Positions 43,028-53,635 are shown, counted from the stretch's first letter. The stretch is DNA of 62,371 bases from an uncultured Dehalococcoidaceae bacterium (GCA_964615345.1 CAZTMR010000004.1:16-62386), one strand, 5' to 3'. Notes: generated by a model not told the origin, from the sequence alone. Translations and numbers: made by a program.

Positions 43028-43921
43028 TCAGATGAGACCGGCGGTTTTTAGCGCCTGGTGAATGGTTTCGGCTTCGAGCCGGCTGACCGGCATTATCGGG
43101 CTGCGGGCCGGTCCGGCCGGGCGTTTCAGTTGGCTGACCGCTTCTTTCAGCGCGGCGGGGAAGTTTTCGGTGGTATTGATGGCGCGGGCTATCGGCAGCA
43201 GCCGGTAATACAGCCGGGCGGCGACTGCCATATCCCGGTCACGGACCGCCTGGTAGAGGTCCACCAGGTTGCGGGGAGCGATGTTGGCCAGCGCCAGGAT
43301 GGCGCCGTGGCACCCCAGCGCAAAGCAGGGCAGAGTAATGTCATCCCCTCCGGTCAGTACCGGCATCCTGTCTCCAACCAGGCGCATGGCTTCGGCAAAA
43401 TAGCCCAGGTCACCGCTGCTTTCTTTCAGTCCGACAATGTTATCGATGTCCGCCAGTCTGTCCAGAATGGGAAGTCCGATCTCCACATTGGTATGCGGGG
43501 GTATATTATAGAGCACTATCGGGACGTCCACTGCCTCCGCCACCGTTTCGTAATGCCGGTAAAGGCCCTCCTGGGTGGGCATTTCATAGAAAGGAGTGAC
43601 AATCATTACCAGGTCGGCGCCAGCGCTTTTTGCTTCTTTTGTTTGCTCGATGACGTCACGGGTGGTCGGCGCACCGGTGCCGGCCATAACCGGCACCCTG
43701 CCGTCGGCCGCTTTAGCCGTGGCTTCGATGACGCCGGTGCGTTCGCTGCGGGTAAGCGCAGCGGCTTCGCCGGTGCTGCCCAAGCACATAACCTGGCTTA
43801 CGCCGCTGGAAACCAGATAATCGACCGTTTCTCGGATGCCGGCCATATCCACTTCTCCGGCATCAGTAAAGGGGGTAAGCATGGCCGGGATAATGCCTTC
43901 TACCTTTATCTTTTTGCCCAC
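43028..43921 (-). CDS. DapA/NAL-family class I aldolase
   Basis: GSTGE, LYNIP, GLKESSG Schiff-base Lys. Confidence 0.85.
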   Translation of the reverse strand: MGKKIKVEGIIPAMLTPFTDAGEVDMAGIRETVDYLVSSGVSQVMCLGSTGEAAALTRSERTGVIEATAKAADGRVPVMAGTGAPTTRDVIEQTKEAKSAGADLVMIVTPFYEMPTQEGLYRHYETVAEAVDVPIVLYNIPPHTNVEIGLPILDRLADIDNIVGLKESSGDLGYFAEAMRLVGDRMPVLTGGDDITLPCFALGCHGAILALANIAPRNLVDLYQAVRDRDMAVAARLYYRLLPIARAINTTENFPAALKEAVSQLKRPAGPARSPIMPVSRLEAETIHQALKTAGLI

Positions 43922-44066
43922 CGTGTCAGACCTCCTTTATTTCATTCAGGTCGCCAGGCGGTTGCGGGAGGCAACTTGAGACTGTTTAACCGTCTGGATG
44001 CCTACCGCACATTTTAATACTTTGGGCGGAGAAAAAACAGTGTGCCGGGTTTCTTTCCGGTCGGGG

Positions 44067-44078
44067 TGTCATTTGACA
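44067..44078. promoter_or_regulatory. palindromic candidate operator TGTCA-N2-TGACA
   Basis: Intergenic inverted repeat upstream of the aldolase gene run. Confidence 0.35.
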
Positions 44079-44102
44079 TAATGCCATTTTTATCTTGTTT
44101 AT

Positions 44103-46202
44103 TTAAGCGGGAGTCAACTTCAGGTCTCCGAACCTACCCACCTCCGCCCGGTAGCCGGGATGGATAACCGTGGTGGCGTCTTTATCTTCCACTATCGCCG
44201 GTCCTTTCAACACGTTACCCTCGGCCAAGAGGTAGCGGTTATAGGAAGGGCACTCGATAAAGCCGCCGGACTCGGTAAAGTAGACCTTTCTCCTTACCCG
44301 CAACGCCTTTTCCGGGCTGATGCCTCCTTGCGGCAGTTCTTTGAAGTTGGGGTTGGGTATCATACCGGTTACTGAAAGCTTCAGGTTTGCCACCTCCACC
44401 GACTCTTCCGGAGCGCAGTGCCCGTAAGTCCTTTCGTGCTCGCGGTGGAACCGCGCCAGTATTTCCACCATATCACCGGCGGTCAGCGCTCTGTCCGGTA
44501 CCGGGATGGTCAGCTCGAAAGACTGTCCGACGTATCTCATATCCATAAAACGGGTGGAGAGCATATCCTTGTCCGCCACTCCTTCCGCTACCAGTAACTG
44601 GCTCCCCTGGGCCTCAAAGTCCCCGTAAATCCGGTTCACTTTTTCGAAGTCGAGCCGGTCCGTTTGACAGATGTGGGTGACCACGTAGTCGTGTCTCAGG
44701 TCCGTCATCAGTAGTCCCAGGGCGGAGGTTATCCCCGGGTTCAGGGGGATAACCACGGTAGGCACCTTGAGTTCACTGACGATATCGTTGACGTGCATCG
44801 GTCCCGCACCGCCGAAGGCGATAAGCGCGTACTCGCGCGGGTCATAGCCTCTCTCCACCGAAACGATTCTGAGAGCTCTGGTCATACTGGCATTGGCTAT
44901 CTCGATAATACCGGCTGCTGTCGAGACCACATCTTTGCCCAGCAGCCCGGCACAGTGCTCCTCGATTGCTTTCTCCGCCGCCTTCCGGTCAAGCTTTATC
45001 TCTCCCCCCAAGAAATAATCGGGGTCGATTCTGCCCAGGACCACATTGGCGTCGGTTATGGTGGGTAACGTGCCCCCGGCCATATAGCAGGCCGGTCCCG
45101 GGTCGGCCCCGGCGCTGTGCGGTCCCACTCTCAATATTCCGCCGGTATCAATCCAGGCGATACTTCCTCCGCCGGCGCCTATCTCCACCAGGTCGATAAC
45201 CGGGGTTTTCAACGGATAACCGGAACCTTTACCGCCGTGCGTAGCGGCGCTGCCCGCCGTGCTGCCCACTTCGTAGTTCAGCGCCAGCTTCGGCCGGCCG
45301 AACTCCACCAGGCCGGCCTTGGCGGTGGTCCCTCCCATATCAAAAGAAATCACGTTCGGGTATCCCAGTCGGGTGCCCAGAGTAGCCGCGGCGATAACCC
45401 CGGCCGCCGGTCCTGATTCAACCATCGTCGCCGGCTTATCCCGGGCCACCTCGCCCGTCATCAAGCCGCCGCTGGACTGCATCACGTAGAGTCCTGCCTT
45501 GAACTTTTTCGCTGTCAGTTCTTTCTGGAGCCGGTCCACGTACCGGGCCACCATCGGCATGAGCACTGAATTGATAACCGTGGTGCTGGCCCGGAAATAC
45601 TCCCGGAACTCAGGATTAATGTCAGAAGACAGGGTTAGAAAAACGTCCGGAATCTCCCTCCTGATTATCTCCCCCGTCCTTTTTTCATGAGCGGGGTTGA
45701 TATAGGAGTGGATAAAGCACACCGCAACTGTTTCTACACCTTCTTCCTTGATTTGCCGCGCCACCTCTTTGACATCGTATTCGTTGAGCGGTTCGAGGAT
45801 ATCTCCCTCCGCGGTTACCCTTTCCGTAACTTCGTAACACCGGTACCGTGGAATCAGCGGAGTCGGTTTATCGAAGAACAGGTCATAAAGAGACGGTCTT
45901 ATCTGCCGCTGGATTTCCAAGATATCTTTGAAGCCTTTCGTGGTGATGAAGGCACCTTTGGCCACTTTGTTTTCGATGATGGCGTTGGTGGCTACCGTTG
46001 TTGCGTGGACTATCTGCGCCACGTCTCCGGGATTAGTGCCGGTCTCGGAGACAAGCCTCTCTATGGCGCGCAAAAAGCCTTCGGAAAGCGCCTTCGGCGT
46101 GGTGGGGACTTTAGAAGTCCAGTATTCACCCGTGCCCAGGTTGATGAGTACCCCGTCCGTGAACGTGCCGCCGATATCGACGCCGAACCTGTACTGCGCC
46201 AC
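44103..46202 (-). CDS. hydantoinase A/5-oxoprolinase family ATP-binding subunit
   Basis: DIGGTFTD, SGPAAG, DMGGTT, SAGADPGPACY, FGGAG. Confidence 0.93.
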   Translation of the reverse strand: MAQYRFGVDIGGTFTDGVLINLGTGEYWTSKVPTTPKALSEGFLRAIERLVSETGTNPGDVAQIVHATTVATNAIIENKVAKGAFITTKGFKDILEIQRQIRPSLYDLFFDKPTPLIPRYRCYEVTERVTAEGDILEPLNEYDVKEVARQIKEEGVETVAVCFIHSYINPAHEKRTGEIIRREIPDVFLTLSSDINPEFREYFRASTTVINSVLMPMVARYVDRLQKELTAKKFKAGLYVMQSSGGLMTGEVARDKPATMVESGPAAGVIAAATLGTRLGYPNVISFDMGGTTAKAGLVEFGRPKLALNYEVGSTAGSAATHGGKGSGYPLKTPVIDLVEIGAGGGSIAWIDTGGILRVGPHSAGADPGPACYMAGGTLPTITDANVVLGRIDPDYFLGGEIKLDRKAAEKAIEEHCAGLLGKDVVSTAAGIIEIANASMTRALRIVSVERGYDPREYALIAFGGAGPMHVNDIVSELKVPTVVIPLNPGITSALGLLMTDLRHDYVVTHICQTDRLDFEKVNRIYGDFEAQGSQLLVAEGVADKDMLSTRFMDMRYVGQSFELTIPVPDRALTAGDMVEILARFHREHERTYGHCAPEESVEVANLKLSVTGMIPNPNFKELPQGGISPEKALRVRRKVYFTESGGFIECPSYNRYLLAEGNVLKGPAIVEDKDATTVIHPGYRAEVGRFGDLKLTPA

Positions 46203-47974
46203 TACTGTAATTCACCTGTTTCTTTGCTTTTTCCCCTTAACTTCGCCGTTTCTGCCTCGTTTATCTCCCACTCAGCAGTATCAATGACCACTCCATAGAC
46301 GCCGTGAGCCCTGCCCGGAGAGACTTTACCCTCTCTTACGTCGTTTAACACCGCCAGCGGGTCTCTTTCTTTCGGATTACCAAAGCCGCCTCCTCCCGGG
46401 GTCTGGATGCTGACGATATCCGTAGGGCTGGCGTCAAAGGTGGACTTGGAGCCGATGTCCCGGCACTTCTCCGTATCCGGGTTCAGCAGGTAGCGGGCAC
46501 CCCGCCCGTCTCCTCCTCCATATATACCGCGCGGAGGGAACTTGACCGTATCCGCCAGGATGGTAACGGTAGCTACGTGGCCGCGGTAGCGGTAGTCCCT
46601 TCTCAGGCCAAGACCACCCCGGAACTTGCCTGCCCCTTCGGAGTCCGGTATCAGGGCGTATTTGGTCAGTAAAACCGGGTAGCCGATTTCCGTCTCTTCA
46701 ATGGGGGAGTTTTCCGCGTTCTGCAGGGCGGGCTGGACGGCATCGATACCATCCTTGCTGGGGCGCGCGCCGAAGCCTCCGCCGTTGGTCTCCAGGAAAA
46801 CGTAATACTCTCCGCTGCGGGGGTCTAACCCGCCGAAGGCGATGTGCAAGATGCTCTTCTTGCTTTCCGCCGGCACCCGGTCCGGCATCGCTCTGGAAAA
46901 AGCACGTAGCACCGCTTCCGAGGTTTTCTGACCCACTTCCCAGCCGCCGACCACCGCTGCCGGATAATCACAGTTTACCGCCGTGCCTGCGGGGGCAACC
47001 AGTTTCACCGTCCGGTAGAAACCGTCATTGGTCGGCAGGTCAGAAGGAAGCAGTGCCCGGACGGGAAAGGCTATCGCCGAGTAGCTCTGGGCGAATGTCG
47101 AGTTCATCATTCCCCGCCGCTGCGGGTCCGACCCGGTCAGGTCAACGGTGACCCCGCCGTCTTCCACGATGACCCTGGCTTTGATATATATCGGCTCATC
47201 GATGATGCCATCATCGTCAACGTAAGCGTCGCCCTCAAACACCCCGCCGGGGAACTTCCTGAACTCGTGGCGGACTCGGCGTTCGGTATACCGGTAGAGC
47301 TCTTCTATCGCCGTTTTCACCTGAGCCGCGCCGAATTTGTCCAGCATTTCGGTAAGTCTTCTGATACCGAGTTTATTGGAGGCAACCTGTGCCCGGATAT
47401 CACCGGCGGATTCTTTCTTGCCGCGCACGTTGGCCAGGAACCATTTGAGCAAGTCCCGGTCAATTTCCCCACCCTTCACAAACTTGACCCCCGGCACTAT
47501 CAATCCTTCTTGGAAAATGTCCGTGGTGATGGCGATACTGCCCGGAGCCCTCCCGCCGATATCGACGTGGTGGGCGGCATTGGCGACATACCCGAATATC
47601 TCTCCCTGGTAAAACAGGGGAGAAACCAGGGTCACGTCATTCAGGTGGACCATATTGCGGTGGGCGTCGTTGACCAGTATCCCATCTCCCGGTTCCAGGT
47701 TCTCCACGCCGTATTCCCTGAGCACTTCGGGTATGGAAAAGACCAGAGCGCCGAGGTGGGACGGATGAGCGGAAGATTGGTCTACCATCTTTCCATCGGT
47801 ATCGAAGATGGTGCAGGAATAGTCGCTCCGGGTCTTTACGTTGGTGGAATAGGCAGATCTTGCCAGGGCAGCCCCCATCTCCTCCACGATGGCATGCATG
47901 GCGTTTCGGATAACTTCCAGCCGGATGGGGTCCAGAGTTGAAGAGCTACTCGTCACAGAACCGGGTGCGCTCAT
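46202..47974 (-). CDS. hydantoinase B/5-oxoprolinase family subunit
   Basis: HLND, HHVDIGG, QEG, GAGKFRGG, TPGGGG. Confidence 0.93.
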   Translation of the reverse strand: MSAPGSVTSSSSTLDPIRLEVIRNAMHAIVEEMGAALARSAYSTNVKTRSDYSCTIFDTDGKMVDQSSAHPSHLGALVFSIPEVLREYGVENLEPGDGILVNDAHRNMVHLNDVTLVSPLFYQGEIFGYVANAAHHVDIGGRAPGSIAITTDIFQEGLIVPGVKFVKGGEIDRDLLKWFLANVRGKKESAGDIRAQVASNKLGIRRLTEMLDKFGAAQVKTAIEELYRYTERRVRHEFRKFPGGVFEGDAYVDDDGIIDEPIYIKARVIVEDGGVTVDLTGSDPQRRGMMNSTFAQSYSAIAFPVRALLPSDLPTNDGFYRTVKLVAPAGTAVNCDYPAAVVGGWEVGQKTSEAVLRAFSRAMPDRVPAESKKSILHIAFGGLDPRSGEYYVFLETNGGGFGARPSKDGIDAVQPALQNAENSPIEETEIGYPVLLTKYALIPDSEGAGKFRGGLGLRRDYRYRGHVATVTILADTVKFPPRGIYGGGDGRGARYLLNPDTEKCRDIGSKSTFDASPTDIVSIQTPGGGGFGNPKERDPLAVLNDVREGKVSPGRAHGVYGVVIDTAEWEINEAETAKLRGKSKETGELQ

Positions 47975-48175
47975 AGATTGCCTCTTTCCATAAGAAAACG
48001 ACTGCGGCCGCCGGACCTTTAACCACCGGAACAGTCAGCCGGGCGCTGCGGCCGAGTGCCGGGCGATGACGTCATGATTGCATAAAACCTACCACAAATC
48101 ACGGGAGCGGTCAACATCTGGACAAGAGCTTTTCAAGGAAAGAGGTTTAGATAGTTCGGGTTGAGGTCAGGTTGC

Positions 48176-48251
48176 TGGCGTCCCTGGCAGGATTCGAACC
48201 TGCGACCCGCTGCTTAGAAGGCAGCCGCTCTATCCACTGAGCTACAGGGAC
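48176..48251 (-). tRNA. tRNA-Arg(UCU)
   Basis: 76-nt cloverleaf GTCCCTGTAGCTCAG...GCTGC CTTCTAA GCAGC...GGTTCGAATCC...CCA. Confidence 0.97.
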
Positions 48252-48265
48252 GGGTTTCTAAACTA

Positions 48266-48294
48266 AATCTAGCACGAAGGCTGTCTCAGGTCAA
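48266..48294 (-). promoter_or_regulatory. sigma70-type promoter for tRNA-Arg
   Basis: TTGACC, 17 nt, TAGATT. Confidence 0.6.
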
Positions 48295-48387
48295 GGAAGG
48301 GGGGGGGGCTGGCTGGATACTATTGCGTTTACCCTATGACAATGCTAGTATGAATTCAGCCCGCCCGCAGACTGAAAACGGGAAAAT

Positions 48388-50283
48388 ATGCCAAAACTTT
48401 TGGACAGAATAAACAGTCCGTCCGATTTAAAGCTCCTGGCTTCGGACAAACTGGAGCAGCTGGCCGCTGAGATCAGGGAAGAACTGGTGACCACGGTTAC
48501 CAGTACAGGCGGCCACCTGGCCTCAAACCTGGGGGTGGTAGAACTTACTCTGGCCCTGCATCGGATTTTCGACAGCCCGCGGGATAAGCTCGTCTGGGAC
48601 GTTGGCCACCAGACTTATACCCATAAAATAATTACCGGCCGGAGACAGCAATTCTCCACTCTGCGGCAGCACGGGGGGTTGTCTGGGTTTACCACCCGAG
48701 AGGAGAGCGAGCACGACCCGTTTGGTGCTGGCCACGCCAGCACTTCTATATCCGCCGCTCTGGGTATGGCGGCAGCCCGTGACCTGTCCGGTGATGATTA
48801 TAGGGTGGTTGCGATTATCGGAGATGGTGGTATCACTGGCGGTATGGCTTTGGAGGCGTTAAACCAGGCGGGACATCTGGGTACCTCTTTTACCGTGGTG
48901 CTCGTTGACAACGGAATGTCGATTTCTCCTACCGTGGGTAGTCTGTCCAAAATGTTTAACCGGATACGTTTTGACCGCCGCTACCATCTGGCCAAGGAAG
49001 AGGGCAGAAAACTGCTGGAATCACTTCCCCTCGGCGATATGGTTTGGGAAGCCAGCCGGAGAGCCAAAGGGAGATTCAAGAGCCTGCTTATGCCCACCAT
49101 GCTGTGGGAAGAACTCGGCTTTGCTTACGTTGGGCCAGTTGATGGCCATGACCTCGCTTCTCTCGAGTTAGCCTTCACTCAGGCCAGAGACTATCGGGAA
49201 AGACCGGTCCTGGTGCACGTTAACACCACCAAGGGGAAAGGCTATCCGCCCGCAGAAAAAAACGCCGCCTATTTCCACGGTGTGCCACCCAAAACCGTGA
49301 ACTCCGGGAAAGCTTTGACCTACAGTGAGGTATTCGCTCAAACCGTGCTCCGGATGACCAGAGAAACGCCGGAACTGGTAACGATAACGCCGGCTATGCC
49401 GGAGGGAAATTGCCTTCACATCGTCCAGGCCGAATTTCCTGACAGGGTTTTTGACGTGGGCATTTGTGAACAGCATGCGGTAACGTTCGCTGCCGGACTG
49501 GCTACCCGGGGGTATATCCCGGTGGTGGCCGTTTACTCCACTTTTCTGCAGAGAGCCTTTGACCAGATAATCCATGATGTTTGCTTGCAGGGCCTGCCCG
49601 TTGTTTTTGCTATCGACAGAGGCGGCATCGTCGGCGGTGACGGAAAGACCCATCAGGGTAGCTTTGATCTCTCTTATCTAACGCTGATTCCCAACCTTAT
49701 CGTATCTGCGCCCAAAGACGAAAACGAGCTGCAGCACCTGCTTTACACGGCGGTAAAATCGGGGAAGCCAATGGCGATAAGATATCCGCGCAGTCCCGGG
49801 CTGGGCATAAAGCTGGACACCGTACTCCGGGAAATCCAGATCGGTAGCTGGGAACCGCTGCGGTACGGGGAAGATGTGACCATTCTGGCCATCGGTTCTG
49901 CGGTGGCTCCCGCTCAGGAAGCCGCGCAGATGCTGGCGGATGCTGGCATTGAGGCCGGCGTGGTGAACGCCCGGTTTGCCAAGCCCCTGGACGCAGAACT
50001 TTTGAACAGATTGCTCGGCCGCACCAGGCGGCTGGTAATTGCGGAAGAGAACACTCTGGCAGGCGGACTCGGCAGCAGCGTAACCCGGTTGCTTCAGGAA
50101 CTGAGAATAAATGGTACCGGTATCAGGTATGTCGGCATTCCGGACCGTTTTATCGAGCACGGGAGTCAGTCTCTCCTGAGGCAGAAGTACTCCCTGGATG
50201 CTGATGGTGTCTTTCGCCAGGCGCTGTCTTTATTTCCGAAGCGCAAGCTGGCTATCCCGCCCGCAAGCAAAGGCCGGATTTAA
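48388..50283 (+). CDS. dxs: 1-deoxy-D-xylulose-5-phosphate synthase
   Basis: GGHLASNLG, DVGHQ, GHASTS, GICEQH, YSTFLQR. Confidence 0.97.
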   Translation: MPKLLDRINSPSDLKLLASDKLEQLAAEIREELVTTVTSTGGHLASNLGVVELTLALHRIFDSPRDKLVWDVGHQTYTHKIITGRRQQFSTLRQHGGLSGFTTREESEHDPFGAGHASTSISAALGMAAARDLSGDDYRVVAIIGDGGITGGMALEALNQAGHLGTSFTVVLVDNGMSISPTVGSLSKMFNRIRFDRRYHLAKEEGRKLLESLPLGDMVWEASRRAKGRFKSLLMPTMLWEELGFAYVGPVDGHDLASLELAFTQARDYRERPVLVHVNTTKGKGYPPAEKNAAYFHGVPPKTVNSGKALTYSEVFAQTVLRMTRETPELVTITPAMPEGNCLHIVQAEFPDRVFDVGICEQHAVTFAAGLATRGYIPVVAVYSTFLQRAFDQIIHDVCLQGLPVVFAIDRGGIVGGDGKTHQGSFDLSYLTLIPNLIVSAPKDENELQHLLYTAVKSGKPMAIRYPRSPGLGIKLDTVLREIQIGSWEPLRYGEDVTILAIGSAVAPAQEAAQMLADAGIEAGVVNARFAKPLDAELLNRLLGRTRRLVIAEENTLAGGLGSSVTRLLQELRINGTGIRYVGIPDRFIEHGSQSLLRQKYSLDADGVFRQALSLFPKRKLAIPPASKGRI

Positions 50284-50372
50284 AATGTCTTTGGAGAACT
50301 TCCTTCCTGGTTTAAGATAACGGGCGACAGCGGCGACCAAGTGGTCTAGCTTGAGAAGCATTGGCTTATAGT

Positions 50373-51575
50373 ATGAAGAAAAAGACGATCAGAGACATCA
50401 GTGTTGACGGGAAAAGGACTCTGGTGCGCGTTGATTTCAACGTCCCGCTTGACCGCAGCGGAAAAATCACCGATGACAGCCGCATCCGGGCCGCCCTGCC
50501 GACAATCGAATATCTGACTGAACGGCGGGCCAGAGTTATTTTGCTCTCTCATTTCGGGCGTCCGAAAGGGAAAGTGGTGGAAAAGATGCGCCTGAACGTT
50601 GTTGCCGAAAGGCTTTCAGAAATAACGGGGCACCCGGTGGTAATGGCTCCGGATTGTATCGGCCCGGAAGTGGAACAGCTGGTTTCTTCGATGCAAGACG
50701 GTGATATTCTGTTTCTGGAGAACCTGCGGTTTCACTCCGGTGAAGAAGCGGGAGATGATGCTTTTGCAGCGTCACTGGCGAAATTTGGTGACGTATTCGT
50801 CAATGATGCTTTTGGCACCAGCCACCGCGCACACGCTTCTATTTCCGGGATACCCCGTTACCTGCCAGCTGTTGCCGGCTTTCTCCTGGAAAAAGAAATC
50901 CGGGAGTTGGGTAAAGTATTGGAAGGTGCCGTTCGCCCCTTTGCTGCTCTCCTTGGCGGGGCCAAAATGAGTGACAAGGTGGCGGTAATAGAAAACCTGA
51001 TGTCCCGGGTGGACTCCCTGTTGATCGGCGGAGCTATGGCGTCCACGTTTCTCAAGGCGCAGTCTTACGAGGTTGGCCTCTCGCTGGTGGAGGCCGAAAT
51101 GTTGGATAAAGCCAGACAGATAATGCGTAATACGGAGAAACAAGGAGTAAGGCTTTTGCTTCCGGAGGACGTGGTTATTGCTCCGGAGACAAATAACACC
51201 TCGGAAACCTCGGTAGTCTCCATTGAAAACATAGCGTCGGAGAAAAGAATCGTTGACATGGGTCCCCGTACTATTGACAACTTCGGCAAAGAGCTAGTTA
51301 ATTGCCGGACCGTCTTCTGGAACGGACCGATGGGTATCTACGAGGTGCCGGGCTTTGACCGGGGAACGCGGGACATGGCCGGGAAAATTGCCAGCCTTGA
51401 CGCCAGCACCATTATCGGTGGCGGTTCTACGGCGGACATCGTATATGAAATGAGACTGGCGGAAAAGATGACTTTTATTTCCACCGGCGGCGGCGCCTCT
51501 CTTGACTTTTTAAGCGGAAAGACGCTTCCCGGAATCAGTGTCTTGACAGACGTGAGCCAGGGGACTGACGAGTAA
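50373..51575 (+). CDS. pgk: phosphoglycerate kinase
   Basis: RVDFNVP, SHFGRP, LENLRF, WNGPMG, STGGGA. Confidence 0.97.
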   Translation: MKKKTIRDISVDGKRTLVRVDFNVPLDRSGKITDDSRIRAALPTIEYLTERRARVILLSHFGRPKGKVVEKMRLNVVAERLSEITGHPVVMAPDCIGPEVEQLVSSMQDGDILFLENLRFHSGEEAGDDAFAASLAKFGDVFVNDAFGTSHRAHASISGIPRYLPAVAGFLLEKEIRELGKVLEGAVRPFAALLGGAKMSDKVAVIENLMSRVDSLLIGGAMASTFLKAQSYEVGLSLVEAEMLDKARQIMRNTEKQGVRLLLPEDVVIAPETNNTSETSVVSIENIASEKRIVDMGPRTIDNFGKELVNCRTVFWNGPMGIYEVPGFDRGTRDMAGKIASLDASTIIGGGSTADIVYEMRLAEKMTFISTGGGASLDFLSGKTLPGISVLTDVSQGTDE

Positions 51576-51593
51576 TAGATAAAAGGAGATAAT

Positions 51594-52811
51594 TTGGACA
51601 AAACCGCGGATGACCTAGAACTGATAAAGGAGATCGCCTTCTCTTCGCCGAGTAAAATCGTCTTGATGATAATCGATGGGCTGGGTGGATTGCCCGACCC
51701 GCAGACGGGAAAAACGGAGCTGGAGACAGCGTCCCTGCCCAACTTCGACCGGCTGGCTGCCAGAGGCGTCTGCGGCCTGACTGACCCGGTAGGACCCGGA
51801 ATAACCCCCGGTAGCTCGGTAGGGCACCTCGCCCTGTTCGGCTATGACCCGCTGAAGTATAACATCGGCCGCGGTATTCTGGAGGCGGTTGGCATCGATT
51901 TTGAGTTGCAGCCGGGGGATATTGCCGCCCGGGGTAACTTCTGCACTCTGGATGAGAACGACCTTATTACTGACCGCCGGGCGGGACGTGTCTCCAATGA
52001 GAAGAGCGTCGAGCTCTGCCGACAATTGAACGGGCGCGCCATAGATGACGTGGAAGTGCTGGTGTGCCCGGTGCGTGAGCACCGTTTTGTTGCCGTTTTT
52101 CGGGGTCCGGGACTGGCACCGGAGGCTGGAGATTCTGACCCGCAGCAACTGAACGTGCCACCGAAACCGGTTACCGCGCTGGAACCGCGAGCGGAGAAAC
52201 TGGCCGGTATAGTCAACCGTTTCGTCGAGATGGCGAAACAGGAACTGGCGGCGCATTACCCGGCCAATATGGTCCTGCTGCGCGGGTTCTCTGTTCACCC
52301 TGACTTCCCCACGATGCAAGATGTTTACCGGTTGAACCCGGCGGCCATTGCCAGCTATCCAATGTACCGGGGTCTGGCGAAACTGGTGGGCATGGAGGTG
52401 CTGAAAACCGGGGGGAAGATGGAGGACGAATTTGTTACTCTGCGGCGGCACTACGCCGATTATGACTTTTTCTTTTTCCATTTGAAGGGGACAGACAGTG
52501 CCGGAGAGGATGGAGACTTTGCACGGAAGGTCAGCGTTCTGGAACAGATTGACCGTCTTATCCCGGAACTACTACAACTGCAGCCGGAAGTCATTGTCAT
52601 CGCCGGTGACCATTCGACCCCGGCCGGGCTCAAAGGACACAGCTGGCATCCGGTGCCTCTGTTGTTGCATTCGCGCTGGTGCCGGCAGGACGACGTCACC
52701 AGTTTCTCCGAATCCGCCTGCACCGCCGGAGGACTTGGGCGGTTCCCGGCTACGCAGGTGATGCCGCTAGCCATGGCTAATGCGCTGAAGCTGACCAAGT
52801 TTGGCGCCTGA
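51594..52811 (+). CDS. apgM: BPG-independent phosphoglycerate mutase, archaeal type
   Basis: DGLG, PGS, RGNF, DRRAGR, GDHSTP, HSWHPVP. Confidence 0.92.
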   Translation: MDKTADDLELIKEIAFSSPSKIVLMIIDGLGGLPDPQTGKTELETASLPNFDRLAARGVCGLTDPVGPGITPGSSVGHLALFGYDPLKYNIGRGILEAVGIDFELQPGDIAARGNFCTLDENDLITDRRAGRVSNEKSVELCRQLNGRAIDDVEVLVCPVREHRFVAVFRGPGLAPEAGDSDPQQLNVPPKPVTALEPRAEKLAGIVNRFVEMAKQELAAHYPANMVLLRGFSVHPDFPTMQDVYRLNPAAIASYPMYRGLAKLVGMEVLKTGGKMEDEFVTLRRHYADYDFFFFHLKGTDSAGEDGDFARKVSVLEQIDRLIPELLQLQPEVIVIAGDHSTPAGLKGHSWHPVPLLLHSRWCRQDDVTSFSESACTAGGLGRFPATQVMPLAMANALKLTKFGA

Positions 52812-52876
52812 TCCTGATAGAGTCGGTCGGAGGAGGAAACGGCCACGAAAAACTGAAATAATGCTGGGAGAATGAT

Positions 52877-53635
52877 ATGCGCGTACCGGTAATCGCTGGA
52901 AACTGGAAAATGAACACCACTGTCCCGGAGGCCGTGACACTGGTCAAAGAGATGCTCGCTGACCTGGAAACCATCTCCAATGTGGAAAGAGTTCTCTGTC
53001 CACCCTTTGTTTCCCTCGCGCCGCTGAAAGAACTGATGAAAGAGAGTACCGTCGGGCTGGGGGCGCAGAACCTGCACTTTGCGGAAAAAGGCGCCTATAC
53101 CGGGGAAATATCTCCGGTAATGCTGGCTGACCTTTGCCAGTATGTTATTGTCGGTCACTCTGAGCGCCGACAGTACTTCGGGGAAAGCGGCAGCATCATC
53201 AATAAGAAAATGACTGCGGCGCTGAAAGCGGAGCTGACGCCCATATTGTGTATCGGGGAAAAACTGGAGGAGAACGAGGCGGGGAAAACGGAAGAAGTGG
53301 TGACCGGGCAGCTCGATGACGCTCTGGAAAGCATCGAAGATATCGGCGGTCTGATTTTGGCCTATGAGCCAGTCTGGGCCATCGGTACCGGCCGGGCGGC
53401 TACCGGCGACCAGGCCAACAAGACGGTTGCCCTTATCCGGGCACATATCTCCAGGCTGTACAACGATAACATCTCCCGGAGGCTACGCATTCTCTATGGT
53501 GGAAGTGTCACCGCTGCCAATGCTGCGGAGTTTATGGGCCAGCCGGATATAGATGGAGCCCTGGCCGGCGGGGCCAGCTTGAAAGCGGCTGAGTTCGTCA
53601 GCATAGTTACCCAGACCTCCAGACTCAGGCAATGA
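52877..53635 (+). CDS. tpiA: triosephosphate isomerase
   Basis: AGNWKMN, GHSERR, AYEPVWAIGTG, GGASL. Confidence 0.97.
   Translation: MRVPVIAGNWKMNTTVPEAVTLVKEMLADLETISNVERVLCPPFVSLAPLKELMKESTVGLGAQNLHFAEKGAYTGEISPVMLADLCQYVIVGHSERRQYFGESGSIINKKMTAALKAELTPILCIGEKLEENEAGKTEEVVTGQLDDALESIEDIGGLILAYEPVWAIGTGRAATGDQANKTVALIRAHISRLYNDNISRRLRILYGGSVTAANAAEFMGQPDIDGALAGGASLKAAEFVSIVTQTSRLRQ

Noticed and set aside
37430-48251. tRNA-Arg-anchored genomic island
   Set aside because: No integrase and no direct repeat of the tRNA 3' end were found at the far boundary.
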